From Planctomycetota bacterium (GTDB lineage Bacteria > Planctomycetota > GCA-002687715): a stretch of 49,151 nt of DNA. The position numbers and the translations under genes were made by a program. Positions 27,669 to 36,560 of the stretch are shown piece after piece; within the stretch, counting starts at the first letter, position 1, and the number at the start of each line of letters is the position of its first letter. The notes under the pieces were generated by a model. It saw only the letters and a list, made by a program, of their open reading frames with translations, was not told where the DNA came from and searched no databases. The stretch is from contig NZBC01000077.1 of NCBI GenBank assembly GCA_002687715.1, forward strand, positions 1 to 49,151. The letters are read 5' to 3'.

Positions 27669-27696
27669 GGACTCCTCTCACCAAGACAGGAGTCCT
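27669..27696 (+). promoter_or_regulatory. Perfect 8-bp inverted repeat GGACTCCT-N12-AGGAGTCC whose right arm is the Shine-Dalgarno of the downstream gene (ATG 27702). Potential SD-sequestering hairpin.
   Basis: Seen directly. Confidence 0.3.
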
Positions 27697-27701
27697 GCCC
27701 G

Positions 27702-28820
27702 ATGCAGAGCCGAATCTCGCTGATCCTCCTTGTTGTCGTGCTGCCTGCGTTGATCGGTTCGGTCGACGCACAGAACATCGCCTACTCGGTGCAGTCGAAC
27801 GGCAACGACAACCTCTACCAGATCGATCTCACCACGGGCATGGCAACGAGCCTGGGTCTCGTCGGCCTCAACGACGCCGAAGGCATGGCGTCGATCGGTA
27901 GCACCATCTATGCGATCGGTGGGACCATCGACGAGCTGTGGGACATCACCTCGCCGCCGGGCACGATGATCGGCCCCACGGGACCGCGCAACGGCGTCGA
28001 TGCCGGACTCGCGTACGACAACGGCAACGGTATCCTCTACAACCTCCAGGGTAGCGGCAGCCTGTCCGAGCTCTACACCATCGACGTGACGACCGGCGCC
28101 GCGACGTTGGTCGGGACCTCGACCAACTTCTCCGACGGACTCGCGATCGATCTTGCCGGCAACGCGTATGGTACGGACTTCATCTTCCAGGACGGGCTGT
28201 TCTCCGTAGACCTGACGACCGGCGCGACCACGTTCATCGGTCCGTTCAACGTCGGTTTGGTGTCGCTACAGGCCGGCGCGTCGTTCGATGCGAACGGCAT
28301 ACTCTGGGCGTTGGCTTCCAACGGTGCGCTGTACACCATCGACGTCTCTACCGGCACCGCCACGTTGACGGGCATGGTCGTCGACGCCGCAACGGGTGCG
28401 GCGCTCGCGGGCTTCGAGGGGTTCGACATCCCGGGCGGCGGCGGAACGCCTCCGTGTCAGCTCCTCGCGTCTGGAAACCCGGGCACGGGCGGTGGCACGC
28501 TCGTTCTGACTTCGGTTCCCATGACGGTCACTCAAGGCTTCACGCTGTTCAGCCTGAACACCGCGGGGCCCGCGGGGCAGGGTCCGCTCTTGGGTCTCTA
28601 CCCGGACGCCTTCACCAATGCCGCCATCGCCTATGGACTCGGGACGCCGGCCGCCGCGGGGGATCCGTTGCATTGGACCAACACCCCAGGCGTGTGGCCC
28701 AATGCCCCGTTCCAGATCCCTCTCGCGACCTTCGCGCCGAACACCGTCATCGACTTCCTGTGCCTCAAGGTCGACGTGACGGGTGTGATCATCACCAACA
28801 TCGCGCGCGGGACGTTCTGA
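27702..28820 (+). CDS. Secreted repeat protein (372 aa) with four LY(T/Q)ID(V/L)TTGxATLxG repeats. DUF4394-like as far as I recall. Carries a C-terminal ~120-aa module related to that of the 13005..14519 protein.
   Basis: Signal peptide MQSRISLILLVVVLPALIGSVDAQ. Repeats at nt 27818, 28066, 28197 and 28328. C-terminus ...APFQIPLATF...LKVDVTGVIITNIARGTF versus ...GPFVLLPASV...SVEVTGGIIGATSAVTRITVQ in the other protein. Confidence 0.7.
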   Translation: MQSRISLILLVVVLPALIGSVDAQNIAYSVQSNGNDNLYQIDLTTGMATSLGLVGLNDAEGMASIGSTIYAIGGTIDELWDITSPPGTMIGPTGPRNGVDAGLAYDNGNGILYNLQGSGSLSELYTIDVTTGAATLVGTSTNFSDGLAIDLAGNAYGTDFIFQDGLFSVDLTTGATTFIGPFNVGLVSLQAGASFDANGILWALASNGALYTIDVSTGTATLTGMVVDAATGAALAGFEGFDIPGGGGTPPCQLLASGNPGTGGGTLVLTSVPMTVTQGFTLFSLNTAGPAGQGPLLGLYPDAFTNAAIAYGLGTPAAAGDPLHWTNTPGVWPNAPFQIPLATFAPNTVIDFLCLKVDVTGVIITNIARGTF

Positions 28821-28865
28821 CGGGAGCGCGGGATCTCCAGGTCCGCTCTGGATTCGGATTCGGCC
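28821..28865. repeat. REP-like element, copy c (CGGGAGCGCGGGATCTCCAGGTCCGCTCTG plus GGATTCGGATTCGG). Fills the gap between convergent stop codons.
   Basis: Directly follows TGA at 28818-28820. The tricorn homolog's stop is at 28866. Confidence 0.6.
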
Positions 28866-31800
28866 CTACTTCCGTTCCGTTGCCTTGCGCAGCTTCGGGC
28901 GTGGCTGCGCCTTCCACTGGCGGACGTCGTCCAGAAGGACTTCGACTGCCTTTTCGACCTGGCGGTCGCGGCCGGCCGGAAGCTCACCGGGGCGGGGCCA
29001 GAGAATGTGGTGGGGTTCGGCGCCGTGGAGTTCCATGTCCTCACCGTCGTTCAAGGTGTACCAACCGCGGGTGGGAAGACGGATGAAGCCCGCGTTCATG
29101 ACCGTGGAACCGCCCGTGGAGATGACCCCGCCGGCGGTGGGTACGCCGACGACCTGACCGCGCTTCAGCGTCTTCACGGCGTGAGAGAAGATCTCCGCGT
29201 TCGAGAAGGAGTTCTGGTTGCAGAGGACGACGATGGGCTTCTGCCACGACGCGTAGATGCGGCGATCGTGGGGGTAGCCTTCTGCGCCGCCGCGGCTGCG
29301 GGTGATTGCGTGCGCCGGCTGGCAGAGGCAGGTCAAGAGGTGGTCCGTGATGCTGCCTCCGCCGTTCTCGCGGACGTCGATGACGAGGCCGTCCTTGCCG
29401 TGGCCGATGCGGTAGAGCTCGGCGTCGAAGCGGACGAGGTTGTTCTGACCCATGCCCCGGATATGGACGTAGCCGAGCTTGCCGCCCGACAGACGGTGGA
29501 CGAGTGCGCGCGTGTCCTCGATCCACTTCTCGTAGAGCAGCCCGCGGACCGTGCTGGACGTCGTTGGGCGGATCGTGACCTGGCGCGGCTTGCCGTCAGT
29601 CCCCTTCACGTCGAGCCGCACCTCGCGGTCCCTGCGGCCCGTGAGGACGGTCGCGATCTCCATCGATGGATCGACCACGTGGCCGTCGATCTTCAGGATG
29701 ACGTCCCCGGGATGCAATCGGCTGTCGTCGCGCGACGCCGGGGTGCCTTTCACGACGTCGCTGACCCGCAGCCCCGGTCCGTCGTGCGCGGGGTCGAAGC
29801 GGGCACCCAAGTGGCCGGTGACGGGTGTCCACTGGTGGGCCCCGGCCCGCGGTGAGGTGGGTGTCGGATTCGCGCGGAAGCCGAGGTGCGAGCCGTTCAG
29901 CTCGCCGAGCATCATGGTGACGACTTGGGACATCTCGTTCGCGCTCACGCACTGGGCCGCCATCTCACCGTAGGTCGTGCGGATGGCGTTCCAGTCGCGG
30001 TTGCCGAGACGCTCGTCGTAGAAGCGGTCGCGCATGATGCGCCACGCCTCGTCGAACACCGCCGCATGGTGCGCTTTGAGGTCGACCTCCTGCCGCACCG
30101 TGAACGGGTATGTCGTGGCCTTGCCCGACGACGAAACGGTGGCGGGGCGCCCGCCCGACAACCCACCTATCGTGCGGCCGTCCTCGAGCCAGGCACCGTT
30201 CGAAGGGAGCGATCCCGTCAGCTTGCTGGGAGAGGTCTGGTTGGGGAACTCGACCGAGAACGTGCCGCCCGTACCGGAGAAGTACAGCTTGCGTCCGGAT
30301 GCCGACCAGCGCAGGTTCCGCTCCGTCGAGTTGGCGACGCTGATGCGCTTGAGACGGTCGCGCAACCCCTCGAAGTCGATGACGACGTTGACCTTCTCCT
30401 TCTTCTTGGGCTTGCCGATGCTGGCGTTGCTATCACCGCCACCCTCGCGCTTCGCGGACCAGGTGCCCTTGCCCATGGGGCCCGACCAGGTCCCGCTTGC
30501 CGATCCGTTCTCGAACATGCCCTCGATCTTGACCTCTTCGCCATCGGCGTCGATGACGAGGGACACCTTGCCCGTGGACTTGTCGAAGGTGCCGCTCGTG
30601 ATCGTGCCCGTACCGAGCGGGGTCACGAATGCGCCCGTGACTGCGCCGCCCGGGCCGAGCTTGACTTGAAGCTGCATCGGTATGCCACTCGCGGGGATGG
30701 GCGGCGGTCCCGTCGCGTTGCCCCTCCAGTTCCCGGTAACGGGATCCGCGGCGGCCTTGGGAGCGGTGGACGGCTCGTCGGTCTTCTTCGGTGTGTCGGA
30801 GGTCTTCTTGCCACGCCCCTTCATCTTCTTCAGCGCCTTCTCCAGGCGGCGCTGTCGGTCGGTCTCCTCGTCCTTCTCTTTTTCGAGGGTGACGTGGACG
30901 ATGTCGGTCTCGCGGCCCCAGCGGCGCCCGGTGAACGCGATCATGGATCCGTCGGCAGACCAGCGCGGCGAGCGATCGTTGTCGGGATGGACGGAGAGAT
31001 TGAACGGCGGCCGCGACTCATCGAGGGGCTTGATCCACACGTCGTGGTTGTAGTCATCGTCCTGAACGGAGTAGGTGATCCACTTGCCATCCGGGGACAG
31101 GTCGTAGTCGGGCTGGTTCCACGACGTGATGAGCGTGCGCTCCTTCTTCGTCGCGAGCTCCATTGACCGCACGTCGAAACCGTCGTGGAACGCGATGCGC
31201 TTGCCGTCGTCCCACAGCCGCAGGCCGGACTCGACCCCTTCGTCGTCGGTCAGCTTCGCGAGGGTGAATCCGGTGTTGCGCCAGAACGGCAGCTTCTCGT
31301 CCTTCGGTTTCGCCGACCAGATGTCGGTGCGACCGCCCGCATCGCTGATGAAGTAGAGCGTCTTGTAGTCGCTCGAGAAGACCGGTGAGCTCTCCTCCTC
31401 GGGAGTGGCGGTGATGCGGACAGGCTCCTTCAATTCGGTGTCCATCACCCAGAGATCGCCGCCCGCCGTGAACGCCGTTTCCCGACCGTCGCCGGTAAAC
31501 GCAGCACCAGTGGCGCGGGTGGTCTGGGTGCGGCGGACCGTCTCGACCGTGGGGTCGCCGCTGTAGGTCAGGTCGATGCGGGTCAGTCGTTCGGTCGCGA
31601 TGTCGAGCCGCCACAGATCGAAGATCCGGCGGAACACGATGATCGATCCGTCGCGTGAAATTCGCGGGAACATCACGCCGTCTCCCGAGAACTTCGTGAG
31701 TTGCGTTCGCTCGTCAGTGACGACTCCGCAGCGAATGATGTTCCACGCTCCGCCTTCGGGGCAGCAGTAGTAGTAGGAGTCGCCGTTCGGGCCCCACATG

Positions 31801-32432
31801 GGCCACCGGCTGCCGCCCTCGTTGCCTTGCAGTTGGGTGAACGCGCCGGAGGCGCGTTCGAAGAGCCAGACCTGCGATTCCTGCGCGCCGCGATACCGCT
31901 TGCGCCAGGCTCCTGTCCCTTCGCGCGTGAACAGGAGACGCCGCCCATCCGGGGAGAGGCGCCCGTTTGCGCCGTAGCCGTTGAAGAGCAGCTCGGGCGC
32001 CTGCGTTCCGTCGGTGGACTGGAGGTAGAACCTCCCCGCGCTGCGCCACCAGTGGTCGCGGTTGGCGCGGACGAGGAGACCCTTCCCGTCGGGCGTCCAG
32101 TCGAGGAGCCCGTAGCCGTCCGTGTTCAACGTGACCTGGCGCGTTGCCCCCCCCCAGGCGTCGATGACGTTGATCTGGCGAGAGCCGGATCGCGACGAGA
32201 CGAACGCCAGCTGACGGCCGTCCGGTGACCACGCAGGCCACGAGTCATCGCCGGGGTGCGAGGTGAGCCGGGTCACGTCCCCGCCCAGGATCGATGCGGT
32301 CCAGATGTCGCCGCGCCATGAGAACGCGATGCGCTTGCCATCGGGGGAGGGCGTGGCGTCGTTGACCAGCTTGATGGGAGTCTGGGCCCCGAGGGCTCCG
32401 GCGAGCAATAGGACGAGCACGGCACGCAGCAT
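28866..32432 (-). CDS. Tricorn protease homolog (secreted; TolB-like beta-propellers, PDZ, C-terminal S41-type peptidase domain).
   Basis: Start MLRAVLVLLLAGALGAQTP (signal peptide). Repeated DGKRIAF/SPDG propeller motifs, and the C-terminal region GVPTAGGVISTGGSTVMNAGFIRLP matches the tricorn catalytic-Ser region as recalled. 1188 aa. Confidence 0.8.
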   Translation of the reverse strand: MLRAVLVLLLAGALGAQTPIKLVNDATPSPDGKRIAFSWRGDIWTASILGGDVTRLTSHPGDDSWPAWSPDGRQLAFVSSRSGSRQINVIDAWGGATRQVTLNTDGYGLLDWTPDGKGLLVRANRDHWWRSAGRFYLQSTDGTQAPELLFNGYGANGRLSPDGRRLLFTREGTGAWRKRYRGAQESQVWLFERASGAFTQLQGNEGGSRWPMWGPNGDSYYYCCPEGGAWNIIRCGVVTDERTQLTKFSGDGVMFPRISRDGSIIVFRRIFDLWRLDIATERLTRIDLTYSGDPTVETVRRTQTTRATGAAFTGDGRETAFTAGGDLWVMDTELKEPVRITATPEEESSPVFSSDYKTLYFISDAGGRTDIWSAKPKDEKLPFWRNTGFTLAKLTDDEGVESGLRLWDDGKRIAFHDGFDVRSMELATKKERTLITSWNQPDYDLSPDGKWITYSVQDDDYNHDVWIKPLDESRPPFNLSVHPDNDRSPRWSADGSMIAFTGRRWGRETDIVHVTLEKEKDEETDRQRRLEKALKKMKGRGKKTSDTPKKTDEPSTAPKAAADPVTGNWRGNATGPPPIPASGIPMQLQVKLGPGGAVTGAFVTPLGTGTITSGTFDKSTGKVSLVIDADGEEVKIEGMFENGSASGTWSGPMGKGTWSAKREGGGDSNASIGKPKKKEKVNVVIDFEGLRDRLKRISVANSTERNLRWSASGRKLYFSGTGGTFSVEFPNQTSPSKLTGSLPSNGAWLEDGRTIGGLSGGRPATVSSSGKATTYPFTVRQEVDLKAHHAAVFDEAWRIMRDRFYDERLGNRDWNAIRTTYGEMAAQCVSANEMSQVVTMMLGELNGSHLGFRANPTPTSPRAGAHQWTPVTGHLGARFDPAHDGPGLRVSDVVKGTPASRDDSRLHPGDVILKIDGHVVDPSMEIATVLTGRRDREVRLDVKGTDGKPRQVTIRPTTSSTVRGLLYEKWIEDTRALVHRLSGGKLGYVHIRGMGQNNLVRFDAELYRIGHGKDGLVIDVRENGGGSITDHLLTCLCQPAHAITRSRGGAEGYPHDRRIYASWQKPIVVLCNQNSFSNAEIFSHAVKTLKRGQVVGVPTAGGVISTGGSTVMNAGFIRLPTRGWYTLNDGEDMELHGAEPHHILWPRPGELPAGRDRQVEKAVEVLLDDVRQWKAQPRPKLRKATERK

Positions 32433-32515
32433 GACGGACCTCGAATCGAGAGACAGGTGAGGACAGGGACGGCCAGGAATCGGTCTACATGCGACCAACG
32501 GGGGGTCCGTCGATT

Positions 32516-33415
32516 CTATTCGAGAGCGCGTCTGAGCGAACCGTCGCATGCAGAGAGGTGTGCCGCTGCGGCTTCGGGTGCGAGCCCCCGCGACACGGCG
32601 ATGCACGCGGTGCGGACGTCCCACCCGCAGGCCTCGAGAACGGATTCGGGATCGTCCAGCCCGGTGATGGTCCGGACGAGCCGACGAGCACGGTCACGCA
32701 GCTTGGTGTTGGTCGGCGTGAGTCCGACCATGAGATTGCCGTACGTGAACCCGACGCGAACCATCGCGCCGGTCGAGATCATGTTGAGGACGAGCTTCTG
32801 GGCGGTGCCGGCTTTGAGGCGCGTCGACCCGGTGAGGACCTCCGGTCCGACCCGCACGGTGACGGAGCGGTCGGCGACGTCGTGCAGTGGAGTGTCGGCG
32901 TTGCAGACGATGGCGCCGGTGAACGCGCCGAGTTCACGCGCGCGTTCCAGGACTCCGATGCAGTACGGCGCCCCCCCGGAAGCACTGAGTGCGACGACGA
33001 CGTCGTCGGACGTCACCCCGGCGTCCTCGACGGCGCGCCTCCCGGCATCGAGCGAGTCTTCCGCGCCCTCGACGGGATGCCGAATCGCGACGTCGCCGCC
33101 GGCAATGTGGCCCTGGACGAGGTCCGACGTCACACCGAAGGTCGGCGGCATCTCCGACGCGTCGAGGACGCCGAGCCGGCCTGACGTGCCCGCACCGAAG
33201 TAGTGGAGGTGGCCGCCCGCGCGTATCGCGTCCCCCGCGCGCTCGACGATCGCCGCGATGTCCGGGATGGCGCTGGCCACGGCTTCCGGGACGGAGCGAT
33301 CCTCGGAGTTGATGACGCGGAGCATCGCCTCGGTGTCGAGCCGGTCGAGCCCGTCGGAGCGGGGATTCGACTGTTCGGTGTCGAGCCGGTGCGCGTTTTC
33401 GTCCTGGTTCGTCAT
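32516..33415 (-). CDS. murQ: N-acetylmuramic acid 6-phosphate etherase.
   Basis: 299 aa. SIS-domain pattern HYFGAGTSGRLGVLDASE and C-terminal LVRTITGLDDPESVLEACGWDV are typical of MurQ. Start overlaps the upstream gene stop (ATGA). Confidence 0.9.
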   Translation of the reverse strand: MTNQDENAHRLDTEQSNPRSDGLDRLDTEAMLRVINSEDRSVPEAVASAIPDIAAIVERAGDAIRAGGHLHYFGAGTSGRLGVLDASEMPPTFGVTSDLVQGHIAGGDVAIRHPVEGAEDSLDAGRRAVEDAGVTSDDVVVALSASGGAPYCIGVLERARELGAFTGAIVCNADTPLHDVADRSVTVRVGPEVLTGSTRLKAGTAQKLVLNMISTGAMVRVGFTYGNLMVGLTPTNTKLRDRARRLVRTITGLDDPESVLEACGWDVRTACIAVSRGLAPEAAAAHLSACDGSLRRALE

Positions 33416-35583
33416 TCCACGGGCTCGAGTGCGGCCGACAGGTTCGCTGCCCCGTCCTGCTCGAAGTACTGGATGTGGATGCGAACGGCGCGATCCCGTT
33501 TCAGCTCGAAGACATGTTCGTGCCGCCGGGTCCCGTGGATGGTCCAGTCCTCGATGATCTGTCTTCCGTCGAGCGTGGCGTGGATGCCGTCGTCGCTCCA
33601 GGTGACGAGACGCCACCGCCCTTTCTTCAACGGGACGACGGTGCTGGCGAACACCCCGAACCGGTCCTTTCCGATTCCCGCCGCCGTGACTTCGGCCGAG
33701 AGACGCATCTGGCTCGGACCGTCGTTGCGGAACGGGAGCTCGAGGCTCGCCATCGTCGCGGTGACGGCCCGCGGCTCCTTCGCCTCTCGGGCCCACGCGT
33801 CTCGGTTCTGGAGCGGATCCCGGGTCCACGGGAACCCCCGTACGTTCCAGGTGATCTTCACGACGGCGCCGCTGACTTCGTGCCGGAAGCCACCGGCGGT
33901 GATGGGGATTCGGTAGCGGTGGACGCCGGGCGCGAGGGAGGTGACGCTCAGCTTGCGCGCGCCCCTGGCGTCGGCGGGGCCGAGCGACGCGAGCAGCGGC
34001 GGCAGCGCGTAGCCGATCGTCACCTCCCCTTTCACGCCGAGGAGCTCGTAGACGTGGGTACCACCGCGGCGGCTGATCGGGCGGACGATGGGCGAAGCGT
34101 GATCCCAGGGGCCCCACTCCGTCATGACGATGTTCTGGCGGCCATGCAGAGCGGCGCGGCTGCCGACGGGCCGCGCTTCGCCGAGCTCCTCCGGGATCTT
34201 GGTGACGCGCGGTTTCCGGTCGGGCCAATCCCCGTGAAGGCTCGATTTGCTCGGTCCATCGAAGTCGAACGGCGTCTTCACGTCGGTCATCTGGTTCGAG
34301 AGGACTCGCGTGTCCGTGGCATCGCGGAGATGAACCCCCACGGTGTCCTGCTGGAAGCGGTTGTTCGCGACGACGTTGCTCTTGCACCCCTTGTGGTGGG
34401 TCTTGACCCACGGTTGCTTCATGAGGTGCTCGTCGGTGTCACTCCACAGGTGGACTCCGCACTTGTTCGCGGCGAAGTCGTTCTCGTCGATCACGTTGGC
34501 GAAGCCATGTTCGATGTTGACGCCGCCGCGTTCGAGCCCGTACGCCATGCCACCGTTGCGTTCGAAGAGGTTCTTGACGATGTGGGTCTCTTGCGAGTAT
34601 CCGGCCCAGATGCCACAGATTGCGTTCCCGACGAAGCGGTTGCCGGTGACGTAGTTGTCGAACGAGAACGTCATCTCGAGACCATGAGCGGCAGCGTAGG
34701 AGAGGTCGTTGCCGACGAATACGTTGGTGTTGTTGCCGACGCGCGCCGTACTCGCGAGCGCGGCCGTCCCCGCGAAGCCGAAGATCCCGTCGCCGCCGTG
34801 AGTACAGGAATTCCCGAGGACCGCGTTCCGTGAACACTGCTCGAACATCAGGATCCCGGCGGAGTCCTGCCCACGGTTGTAGACCTTGTGACTGTAGCCG
34901 CGGATGCAGAAGTCGAACGCGTTGCGGGTGACGGTGCAGTCGGTGGTCCGCCACATGGCGAGCCCCCAGCCGGAGAGGAACGACGCGTCGTTGTCATAGA
35001 TCTTCCCACTCGTCACGCGGTCGAGGATGATCCCGTTCTGTGCGCGGCGAACCGAGATGCGGCGCAGCGTCGGCCGCCGGCAGCGTTCGACGTACAGCGA
35101 TGCACCGTACTTCTTCATCCACTGGTGGTCGTCGTTGTCGTGGGGGTACAGCCAGTCGCCCGAGTCTTCGGCTCGCGACGTGGACTTCAGACGCTGCGCG
35201 AAGTTGCCGGTGAAGGCCCCGTCCTCGACGAGGAGATCATCCGAGCCCTCGACGTGGATGCCAACCTTGAACCCGGAGACGGCGACTCGCCGCAACTTCA
35301 CGCCAGCCAGGCCCGAGATGCGAATGCCGACGCCGACCAGCCGGTCGAGGGGTTCCGTGGTCGGTGCGCCGCGGAGGACGGAGCCCTTCGCGAAGGTGAT
35401 CTCGACGTTCGCGGCCTTCACGTGGATGACGCCGTTTCCGTTCGCGTCCGTGATGACGGTGCCGTTGGGGATCACGATGCGACATGATCGATCGACCACG
35501 GTGTCGTCCTTCGTGACCAGCAGGTCCGGTGCCGGCGTGGGCCCGGAAGCCAGGACGACGACGGTGATAAGCTGCGCAAGCAT
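33412..35583 (-). CDS. Secreted right-handed parallel beta-helix repeat protein (723 aa), pectate-lyase/glycosidase-like fold. Function unknown. Translationally coupled to murQ.
   Basis: N-terminus MLAQLITVVVLASGPTPAPD. Multiple degenerate beta-helix rungs (NxxxxGNxFxxN-type: VLGNSCTHGGDGIF, VFVGNDLSYAAAHG, VTGNRFVGNAICGI). Confidence 0.65.
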   Translation of the reverse strand: MLAQLITVVVLASGPTPAPDLLVTKDDTVVDRSCRIVIPNGTVITDANGNGVIHVKAANVEITFAKGSVLRGAPTTEPLDRLVGVGIRISGLAGVKLRRVAVSGFKVGIHVEGSDDLLVEDGAFTGNFAQRLKSTSRAEDSGDWLYPHDNDDHQWMKKYGASLYVERCRRPTLRRISVRRAQNGIILDRVTSGKIYDNDASFLSGWGLAMWRTTDCTVTRNAFDFCIRGYSHKVYNRGQDSAGILMFEQCSRNAVLGNSCTHGGDGIFGFAGTAALASTARVGNNTNVFVGNDLSYAAAHGLEMTFSFDNYVTGNRFVGNAICGIWAGYSQETHIVKNLFERNGGMAYGLERGGVNIEHGFANVIDENDFAANKCGVHLWSDTDEHLMKQPWVKTHHKGCKSNVVANNRFQQDTVGVHLRDATDTRVLSNQMTDVKTPFDFDGPSKSSLHGDWPDRKPRVTKIPEELGEARPVGSRAALHGRQNIVMTEWGPWDHASPIVRPISRRGGTHVYELLGVKGEVTIGYALPPLLASLGPADARGARKLSVTSLAPGVHRYRIPITAGGFRHEVSGAVVKITWNVRGFPWTRDPLQNRDAWAREAKEPRAVTATMASLELPFRNDGPSQMRLSAEVTAAGIGKDRFGVFASTVVPLKKGRWRLVTWSDDGIHATLDGRQIIEDWTIHGTRRHEHVFELKRDRAVRIHIQYFEQDGAANLSAALEPVE

Positions 35584-35596
35584 GCGGGAATCGTAC

Positions 35597-35621
35597 CGTT
35601 CGCGATGCCTCTTTCATCGCG
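35597..35621. promoter_or_regulatory. Perfect 9-bp palindrome TTCGCGATG-N7-CATCGCGAA in the 105-bp divergent intergenic region between the beta-helix gene and the DDAH-like gene.
   Basis: Seen directly. Confidence 0.3.
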
Positions 35622-35688
35622 AAAGGTCTCGACGTCCGATCTGTAGAGAGAGAGCATCACGAGGCTGGGAAGGCTCGGAGCAATCGCC

Positions 35689-36483
35689 ATGGCCGGACTA
35701 CCCCAAGTCGATATCGCATCGTCGGTTCGAGTCGCCCTCGTTCGCGGCGTCCCCGATAGCTATGCCCGCTGCCTGAAACGGCCGAGAACGGGCGTCCGTC
35801 TCGACGTCGACCTCGCCCGCCGTCAGCACCGCGCCTACGTGAACGCGCTGAGCGCCACGGGAGCTCAGATCGTCTCCATCCCCGCGGACGAGTCCCTCCC
35901 GGATGCCCCGTTCGTCGAAGACGTCGCGGTCGTCCTTCCCCGGCGGCACGCTGTTCTGGCGCGATCGTGCGTGTTTTCCCGAACGGGAGAAGCGGAGGGA
36001 GTCGCCGCGTACCTGGACGGCCACCGAACGGTCGACGAGATGCCGTCGGGCGCTACGCTCGACGGTGGCGACGTCCTCATCATCGGCGACACCGTGCACG
36101 TCGGTCTCTCGGAGCGCACCAACGAGGCCGGCGCTGCGTTCCTCGGGCGGATCGCGGGCGTGGACCATCTCCAGGTGCGCACGATCCCCGTCGTCGGGGC
36201 CTTGCACCTGAAGAGCGTCTGCAGCTACCTGGGGAACGGGGTCCTGCTGCACGCCGCCGGCAAGGTACGTAGCGACGTCTTCCCCGGCCTCGAGCTCGTT
36301 TGCGCGCCGGAGGCCGAGGGTGCGAACGTCCTCGCCGTCAACGGCAGGATCATCGTGCCCGCCGAAACCCCTCGCACCTGCGAGCTCCTCATGCGACGTG
36401 GCTTTGACGTCGTCGCGGTGGAGCTCTCCGAGTTCCTGAAGGGCAACGGCGGTCCGACCTGCCTGTCGCTGCGCATTCCGTAG
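35689..36483 (+). CDS. Dimethylarginine dimethylaminohydrolase (DDAH)-like / amidinotransferase-superfamily protein.
   Basis: 264 aa ending ...GNGGPTCLSLRIP. The C-terminal catalytic Cys in a GGxxC(L/M)S context is characteristic of the DDAH/arginine-deiminase fold. Confidence 0.7.
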   Translation: MAGLPQVDIASSVRVALVRGVPDSYARCLKRPRTGVRLDVDLARRQHRAYVNALSATGAQIVSIPADESLPDAPFVEDVAVVLPRRHAVLARSCVFSRTGEAEGVAAYLDGHRTVDEMPSGATLDGGDVLIIGDTVHVGLSERTNEAGAAFLGRIAGVDHLQVRTIPVVGALHLKSVCSYLGNGVLLHAAGKVRSDVFPGLELVCAPEAEGANVLAVNGRIIVPAETPRTCELLMRRGFDVVAVELSEFLKGNGGPTCLSLRIP

Positions 36484-36560
36484 CTCTCGACGGCGTTGCC
36501 GCCGGGAACGTGGACTTCCGGAGGGTGTGAAGAGTTGCGATGACCGCCCGGAGTCCGGGG

